Source of the DNA: Elainellaceae cyanobacterium
GTDB lineage: Bacteria; Cyanobacteriota; Cyanobacteriia; CAZCXK01
Direction of reading: 5' to 3'
NCBI GenBank assembly: GCA_051117555.1
Contig: JBNPEG010000175.1
Coordinates: forward strand, 1-10,274
Length of the DNA stretch: 10,274 nt
Every line of letters starts with the position of its first letter. The stretch's first letter is position 1. The notes under the pieces were generated by a model. The model worked only from the letters and a program-made list of their open reading frames with translations. It made no database searches and was not told the origin of the DNA. Positions 1-5,137 of the stretch are shown one piece after another. Both the position numbers and the translations under genes were made by a program.

Positions 1-93
1 ATATCTTCGATTCTCAGAGCACGATTACATCAGTTAATGAGAGGAAACACATCATGCACATTCCATACTTGAACGGTCGGTTTTTGAAATCTA

Positions 94-2595
94 ATGAAAT
101 CTATTGTCATCTTCAAACTCATATTCCTTGGTGGAGCGATCGCCCCTTTCGTCGTATTTATTCCATTTATCACAACTGCTTGGGCTGGTTCCTTACCCAG
201 TGCAGTATCAACTTCATCCGCAGCTACTATCGATGAGTTATTGGCAGATGAGCTACCTATCGATGAATCGTTGATAAGTGAGTCAAACGTTCCGCAATTG
301 AATGAAGTGGAGATTCCGCTGACGTCAGCAGATTTGCTATCTCAAGATGTTTCTCAAGCTGAAGAGGACGAAGAGGACGAAGAGGACGAAGCAAGCGAAG
401 CAGAGGAAGGAACGGATGGAAATATGGAAGTCTTGGATAATCTTCAGATTCGCATTACGGTGACAGGCACCCGCACGCCCCGCACAGTAGAAGAATCACC
501 CGCTAACGTCACCGTGATTGAGTTTGATGAAATCAATCGCATTCTAGCCACCGACATTCGCGAACTAGTGCGCTATGAACCAGGAGTCAGCGTGCGGCGG
601 AGTGAACGCTATGGCTTTCAAGACTTCACGATTCGCGGCTTGGGGGGCAATCGGGTACTGCTACAGGTTGATGGCATTCGTGTTCCGGCCCGGTTTGAGT
701 TTGGTCCGTTTCAACTAGGACGAGACTATGTAGACATCGAAACTCTTAACTCCGTCGAAATCATTCGGGGTCCTGCCTCTGCTTTGTATGGGAGCGATGC
801 ACTGGCAGGTGTTGTCAGCTATTTCACCCTAGATCCTAGTGATTTGCTAGCGCGAGTAGACGGCAACACGTTCAGCAGCGCTTCGACCAACTTTGATTCT
901 ACCAATGATGGATTTGCTAGTACTGGCTTATTTGCATCCCGTCTTGGCAATCTGGAACTACTGTTTGGCTATACGCGGCGCGATCGCTCTGAATTTTCGG
1001 TGGCTGGTGATGGTGATTTTGTTGATGAAGAGGAAGGTAGTCGTAATAACTTTCTCGGAACGCTAGTCTATCGCTTTGACGAATTCAATTCGCTTAATTT
1101 CACCGCAGAAGTCTTTGATGACGACAGTAATCTCGATATCGTGGAGAGTAATCTGACGCCTGATATTAATTTTGAGGATGTTGAACTAAATACGAATCGA
1201 GAAAGGTTTAGCCTGGCTTACGAATACGACAATCCAGACGGTGCCTCATTTCTTCAGTTTGGTCAACTGCAAGTCTATTTCCAAAATGCGCGGGAAGAAG
1301 AACTACGAGAGCGAGAATTTATCTACGGATCGGCCAGCGGCGGGCAGTTTCCCATTGGTACGCCTACTTTAAGGGAAGATGATTATGACTTTCTCGATCG
1401 CGTATGGGGAGCCAACCTTCAATTGCGAAGCGACTTTGGCATTGGTAATATCGGCAACCGCTTGACCTATGGCATAGAGGTCTCCAATACGCGCAATGAA
1501 CGACCGCGCGATCGCACCGAGACAAATCTACTCACTGGCGAGGAAACACAAACGTCCATAACCGATACGTTTCCAGTTGAGGACTTTCCCCAATCGGATA
1601 CCTTTCGACTGGGATTGTATGTGCAAGATGAAATTTCGCTGTTGAGCGATCGCCTAGCGGTGATTCCTGGTTTGCGGTTTGACTATTACGACCTGACTAC
1701 TGATCCGAGTGAAGCCTTTAGTCGGAATGGAGCGGAAGCAGTAGACTATGATGCAACGTCAGTCTCGCCGAGTTTGAGCCTGGTCTACCAGGCTACTCCT
1801 GGGATTACACTAGTTGGGCGTTATGCTAGAGGCTTCCGTGCGCCGCTTTATAGCGAAATCAATAGCGGCTTTACTAATCTAAGCGGTACGTTTTTCAAAT
1901 ACCGCACGATTTCCAATCCCGATTTGGATGCTGAAACCAGCAACACCTTTGAATTGGGGATTCGCGGCAATTATCCTCAGGGTCGCTTTAGTTTGACCGG
2001 ATTTTATAGCCGCTACGATGATTTCATTGAATCCTTTGTTGATGCTGGAACAGAGACTCTTGACCCGGCTCCGCCATTTGGCACTCCGGTCGTGAATGTG
2101 TTTCAAACTCAAAATGTCAGTGAAGCCGAGATTTATGGACTAGAGTTTGGCGGTGAATATCGCTTTAGTCCAGGTCCTGATGGTTTTCGCATTCGTGCAG
2201 CCTTAGCATGGACGGTTGGCAATAATTTGACGACCGATGAGCCACTTCTTTCTGTCGATCCATTCGAACTGGTGGCTGGATTGGGGTATCAAGCGCCAGA
2301 AGACAAATGGGGCATTGAGTTTATCACTACTGTTGTAGGTGAGGCGCGAACGGATCGAGATGTTGATCCATTAACTGGTGCCGAACCGTTTCTGCCGGGA
2401 GGATTCACACTATTTGATTTGATTGGCTACTATCGCTTTTCTACTAATCTGGCGCTCAATTTAGGATTGTTCAATATCTTTGATGAGGAATATTATCGCT
2501 ATGCCGATGTCCGTACGTTTAATGAACGTCCTGATATTGAACGATTTCAACAACCCGGACGATCAATTCGAGCCGGGTTAACCTGGCGATTTTAA
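94..2595 (+). CDS. TonB-dependent outer-membrane receptor, heme/hemoglobin-receptor type (HutA/PhuR-like), no AMIN domain
   Basis: 833-aa ORF. Signal peptide ending TTAWA, acidic linker, TonB box-like ITVTGTR, plug motifs (IRGLGGNRVLLQVDG, VEIIRGPASALYGSDALAGVV), heme-receptor motifs FRAP (1834-1845) and NPDL (1915-1926), and C-terminal barrel signature GLFNIFDEEY...GLTWRF ending in Phe. Substrate is inferred, not proven. The start is ambiguous (see the finding at 39-111). Confidence 0.93.
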   Translation: MKSIVIFKLIFLGGAIAPFVVFIPFITTAWAGSLPSAVSTSSAATIDELLADELPIDESLISESNVPQLNEVEIPLTSADLLSQDVSQAEEDEEDEEDEASEAEEGTDGNMEVLDNLQIRITVTGTRTPRTVEESPANVTVIEFDEINRILATDIRELVRYEPGVSVRRSERYGFQDFTIRGLGGNRVLLQVDGIRVPARFEFGPFQLGRDYVDIETLNSVEIIRGPASALYGSDALAGVVSYFTLDPSDLLARVDGNTFSSASTNFDSTNDGFASTGLFASRLGNLELLFGYTRRDRSEFSVAGDGDFVDEEEGSRNNFLGTLVYRFDEFNSLNFTAEVFDDDSNLDIVESNLTPDINFEDVELNTNRERFSLAYEYDNPDGASFLQFGQLQVYFQNAREEELREREFIYGSASGGQFPIGTPTLREDDYDFLDRVWGANLQLRSDFGIGNIGNRLTYGIEVSNTRNERPRDRTETNLLTGEETQTSITDTFPVEDFPQSDTFRLGLYVQDEISLLSDRLAVIPGLRFDYYDLTTDPSEAFSRNGAEAVDYDATSVSPSLSLVYQATPGITLVGRYARGFRAPLYSEINSGFTNLSGTFFKYRTISNPDLDAETSNTFELGIRGNYPQGRFSLTGFYSRYDDFIESFVDAGTETLDPAPPFGTPVVNVFQTQNVSEAEIYGLEFGGEYRFSPGPDGFRIRAALAWTVGNNLTTDEPLLSVDPFELVAGLGYQAPEDKWGIEFITTVVGEARTDRDVDPLTGAEPFLPGGFTLFDLIGYYRFSTNLALNLGLFNIFDEEYYRYADVRTFNERPDIERFQQPGRSIRAGLTWRF
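361..390 (+). repeat. In-frame 9-bp tandem repeat (GAAGAGGAC)x3 + GAA encoding EEDEEDEEDE
   Basis: Read directly; lies in the acidic N-terminal linker of TBDT1. Confidence 0.9.
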
Positions 2596-2651
2596 TTGAA
2601 TTTATCTATCATTGCCTATTGCAATGACCTGTGCCGATGTATAGAACGTGC

Positions 2652-2682
2652 TGTAGCACCCGCTTACCGCGCGGGTGCTACA
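2652..2682. other. Perfect 12-bp stem-loop between TBDT1 and the binding-protein gene (mRNA-stabilising, attenuating or REP-like)
   Basis: TGTAGCACCCGC (2652-2663), loop TTACCGC, GCGGGTGCTACA (2671-2682). There is no U-tract on either strand, so it is not a canonical intrinsic terminator. Confidence 0.7.
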
Positions 2683-2740
2683 CACAAACTTGAGGCCGTA
2701 GGGCTGTTTTAAAATTCCTAATCATAAATATGAGGTCTCT

Positions 2741-3682
2741 ATGCTCTGCCGACGATTCAACTATCTGGTGATGTTTGCGATTGGCTGTGGTCTTACCCTA
2801 GCCGCTTGTGCTAACTCGACACCCTCTTCGTCTAGTGAACCTGAAGTAAATCCAGACTCTGTTTCAACACAAACAGGGGCGATCGCCTCGGCTGAGCGCA
2901 TTGTTGCATTGACCTCTCTCTCCGCCGACCTCGTCCGTCATCTTGACAGCAGTAAGCTTATAGGAGTGCCGGGCAGTAGCCTCATTGCTGGAGATAGCCG
3001 ATTTGAAGGCATCGAGCACGTCAGTAGTGAGCGCACACCTCCCAACTTGGAGAAAGTCGTGGCACTCAACCCAGATTTAGTCATTGGTGCCGCAGGCTTT
3101 CATGAGTCGACCGCAGATCGATTAAAGGAAGCTGGGATTCCGACTTTGCTGACTGAAGTCGACAGTTGGCAGTCTTTGCAAGAACTCACCGAAATTTTGG
3201 CAACAACGCTAGATGCTGATCCAACCAATTTACTGCAACGCTATGATGCGTGTTCCGCAGAGGCTCCTAATCGCAGTCCCTCTACGCTGGTACTTGTTAG
3301 TTATCAGCCTATCTTGTCGCCGAATCAAAACAGTTGGGCAGGTGATTTTCTCAAGCGGTTCAATATTCAAAACCTCACGACTGATGTTCAGGATGATGGC
3401 GCCGATAGTGTTTCAGGACAGCAGTTTGAAGGCTATATATCGCTTTCATCAGAAATTGTCTTGCAAGCCGATCCAGACATGCTGTTTGTCGTAAACGCTG
3501 GAGATGATACTCTCAAGCAGTTTGAAGCTAATCCATTTTGGCAAGAACTAAAGGCAACTCAAACAAGCAATGTGCACACGTTTGATTATTATGGGTTGAT
3601 AAATCCGGGGAGTTTGCGAAGTATTGAAGCAACCTGTGAGAAGCTTTCTCAGGTTGTATCGGAACAAAACTCTTTAGAATGA
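2741..3682 (+). CDS. ABC transporter substrate-binding lipoprotein, helical-backbone (FecB/HmuT/BtuF/TroA-like) family
   Basis: 313 aa. Lipobox LAAC after a hydrophobic stretch, family motifs ERIVALT, PNLEKVVALNPDLVIG and NPFWQELKA, and GAGG RBS at 2732-2735. Confidence 0.88.
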   Translation: MLCRRFNYLVMFAIGCGLTLAACANSTPSSSSEPEVNPDSVSTQTGAIASAERIVALTSLSADLVRHLDSSKLIGVPGSSLIAGDSRFEGIEHVSSERTPPNLEKVVALNPDLVIGAAGFHESTADRLKEAGIPTLLTEVDSWQSLQELTEILATTLDADPTNLLQRYDACSAEAPNRSPSTLVLVSYQPILSPNQNSWAGDFLKRFNIQNLTTDVQDDGADSVSGQQFEGYISLSSEIVLQADPDMLFVVNAGDDTLKQFEANPFWQELKATQTSNVHTFDYYGLINPGSLRSIEATCEKLSQVVSEQNSLE

Positions 3683-3732
3683 GTTACATTCGCTGCTAAA
3701 TTTACCCATACCCTAGCATTAAACCTCATTTA

Positions 3733-3751
3733 TATGAGAATCAATTGCAAT
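3733..3751. promoter_or_regulatory. Putative Fur box upstream of the AraC gene
   Basis: TATGAGAATCAATTGCAAT has a good TGAGAAT half-site and a degenerate second half in the 7-1-7 arrangement, in an AT-rich intergenic region of an iron locus. Confidence 0.55.
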
Positions 3752-3829
3752 AAGTTGCCAGATGCTGCACACTGTTGATGAGTTGAAGTCTTGTCGTTCT
3801 CTCAATTCACCGGCTCATCAGCACAACGC

Positions 3830-4891
3830 ATGGCGATCGAACTCTCACTCAACTATCCAGATGCTTGGTTGCATCGCAGTAGCCCCAATGAGGTCAATCT
3901 CAAGCATTCCGATCCGACGGATACGATTTTGAAATGTCCGGCTCACATTGGGCAGGGATATAGCCAGCGCATCCCTATGCGGGATGGACTGAGCCTTATG
4001 ATTTTAAACTACGAATTTCAAGATGAATTTGTCAGAGAAATCCAGGCGTTTACGCCTCCTTTAAAGCTGGAGCTAGAGTTTATTCTCAAGGGGCCGCATG
4101 CTGGACAAAGTCAACTCGTCCTCACGTCGGGTCGTGAAATCCAAAGCATCGTGAGCCGATATCCTGGAAATCAGCATATTTCTAAGGTGGAGCTACACCT
4201 CCAATTTCCAATCCTGAAAGTATTTTTGGACGGGTTACTTGAACAATTACCTGCCAAACTACAGCGATTGACAACAGATTTTTTGGAGCAGCTTTACTCA
4301 TTTCAAATGCACCACGTGAACCCAGTCGTAGAGCAAGCTTATTCACTCGTTTACCGGAGTGCAATTACTCCTAAAATGCGGCAAGTGCTGCATCAAATCC
4401 TCGACTGCCCCTATCGAGGGCTGAATCGGCGGGTGTACCTAGAAGGCAAAGCCCTTGAACTCATGACGTTGCGATCGCAGCAAATCATTGAGCAACTCGT
4501 TCATTTTAGTAACCCCAGAACCCATCAAAGTTCCCTCCAGTCTGATGACCTCAATCGCATTTATCAGGCAAAAGAAATTTTATTGAATAATCTTCAGCAT
4601 CCACCTTCAATCCACGAACTAGCGCGCCAAGTCGGGCTGAATCGTCGAAAACTCAACGAAAGCTTTCAACAGGTGTTTCAGATGACACCATTCGAGTACT
4701 TGCAAGATTATCGGTTGACGCAAGCTCAGCGGATTCTCAGCAGTTCAGACGCCAAAATTGAAGATGTAATTGCAGTCATTGGATATAGAAGCCGCAGTAA
4801 CTTCGCCGTTGCATTTCGCAAAAAATTTGGACTCAATCCAAAACTCTATCAGCAGAGAAGTTTAAGAGCGTTATCAGAAAAAGTGTACTGA
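3830..4891 (+). CDS. AraC-family transcriptional regulator (PchR/YbtA-like, siderophore-responsive type)
   Basis: C-terminal double HTH (PPSIHELARQVGLNRRKLNESFQQVFQMTPFEYL...IGYRSRSNFAVAFRKKFGLNPK) preceded by QILDCPYRG...YLEGKALEL, typical of cyanobacterial PchR-like proteins. The ORF track starts at TTG 3791; the in-frame ATG 3830 (MAIELS) is my preferred start. Confidence 0.92.
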   Translation: MAIELSLNYPDAWLHRSSPNEVNLKHSDPTDTILKCPAHIGQGYSQRIPMRDGLSLMILNYEFQDEFVREIQAFTPPLKLELEFILKGPHAGQSQLVLTSGREIQSIVSRYPGNQHISKVELHLQFPILKVFLDGLLEQLPAKLQRLTTDFLEQLYSFQMHHVNPVVEQAYSLVYRSAITPKMRQVLHQILDCPYRGLNRRVYLEGKALELMTLRSQQIIEQLVHFSNPRTHQSSLQSDDLNRIYQAKEILLNNLQHPPSIHELARQVGLNRRKLNESFQQVFQMTPFEYLQDYRLTQAQRILSSSDAKIEDVIAVIGYRSRSNFAVAFRKKFGLNPKLYQQRSLRALSEKVY

Positions 4892-4923
4892 GGGTTCAAA
4901 AGAAAGTGCATTGCGGGTTCAAA
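4880..4923 (+). promoter_or_regulatory. Direct repeat, candidate AraC/PchR-type activator binding site
   Basis: AAAGTGTACTGAGGGTTCAAA (4880-4900) and AAAGTGCATTGCGGGTTCAAA (4903-4923) are 18/21 identical with a 23-bp period. The first copy overlaps the araC stop codon. Confidence 0.65.
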
Positions 4924-4959
4924 TTCTCTGGTGTGGTGCGTCATCGAGCCATATTCTTG

Positions 4960-5000
4960 TTGAGAAGAGTTATCAAATAGCATTGATAATGCTGTTCATT
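4960..5000. promoter_or_regulatory. Tandem putative Fur boxes upstream of TBDT2
   Basis: TTGAGAAGAGTTATCAA (4960-4976; 7-1-7 TGAGAAG-A-GTTATCA) and ATTGATAATGCTGTTCATT (4982-5000; perfect TGATAAT left half), just downstream of a -10-like TATTCT at 4952-4957. Confidence 0.65.
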
Positions 5001-5137
5001 GAAACAGCGCTGGCTATGGCAATGCTTTCGTGCACTGACATAACCAGTCTTTTATACCAAGTCCATCTTGGAATGTGGAGTTTCCTTATAGGCAACACTC
5101 CAGTTCTGGACTTGGATGAGGTCTAGAGTGAGGAGAT

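Noticed and set aside
4880..4923. CRISPR-like repeat
   Set aside because: Only two imperfect copies separated by 2 bp, with no spacers and no cas genes.
4911..5126. 71-aa TTG-start ORF in the araC-TBDT2 spacer
   Set aside because: It overlaps the candidate operator, promoter, Fur boxes and leader hairpins, and has no RBS and no recognisable protein features.
4892..5137. Cobalamin riboswitch ahead of a TonB-dependent receptor
   Set aside because: I see no B12-box or the conserved GGGAA / GCCACTG elements. Fur-like boxes and siderophore-type neighbours point to iron control.
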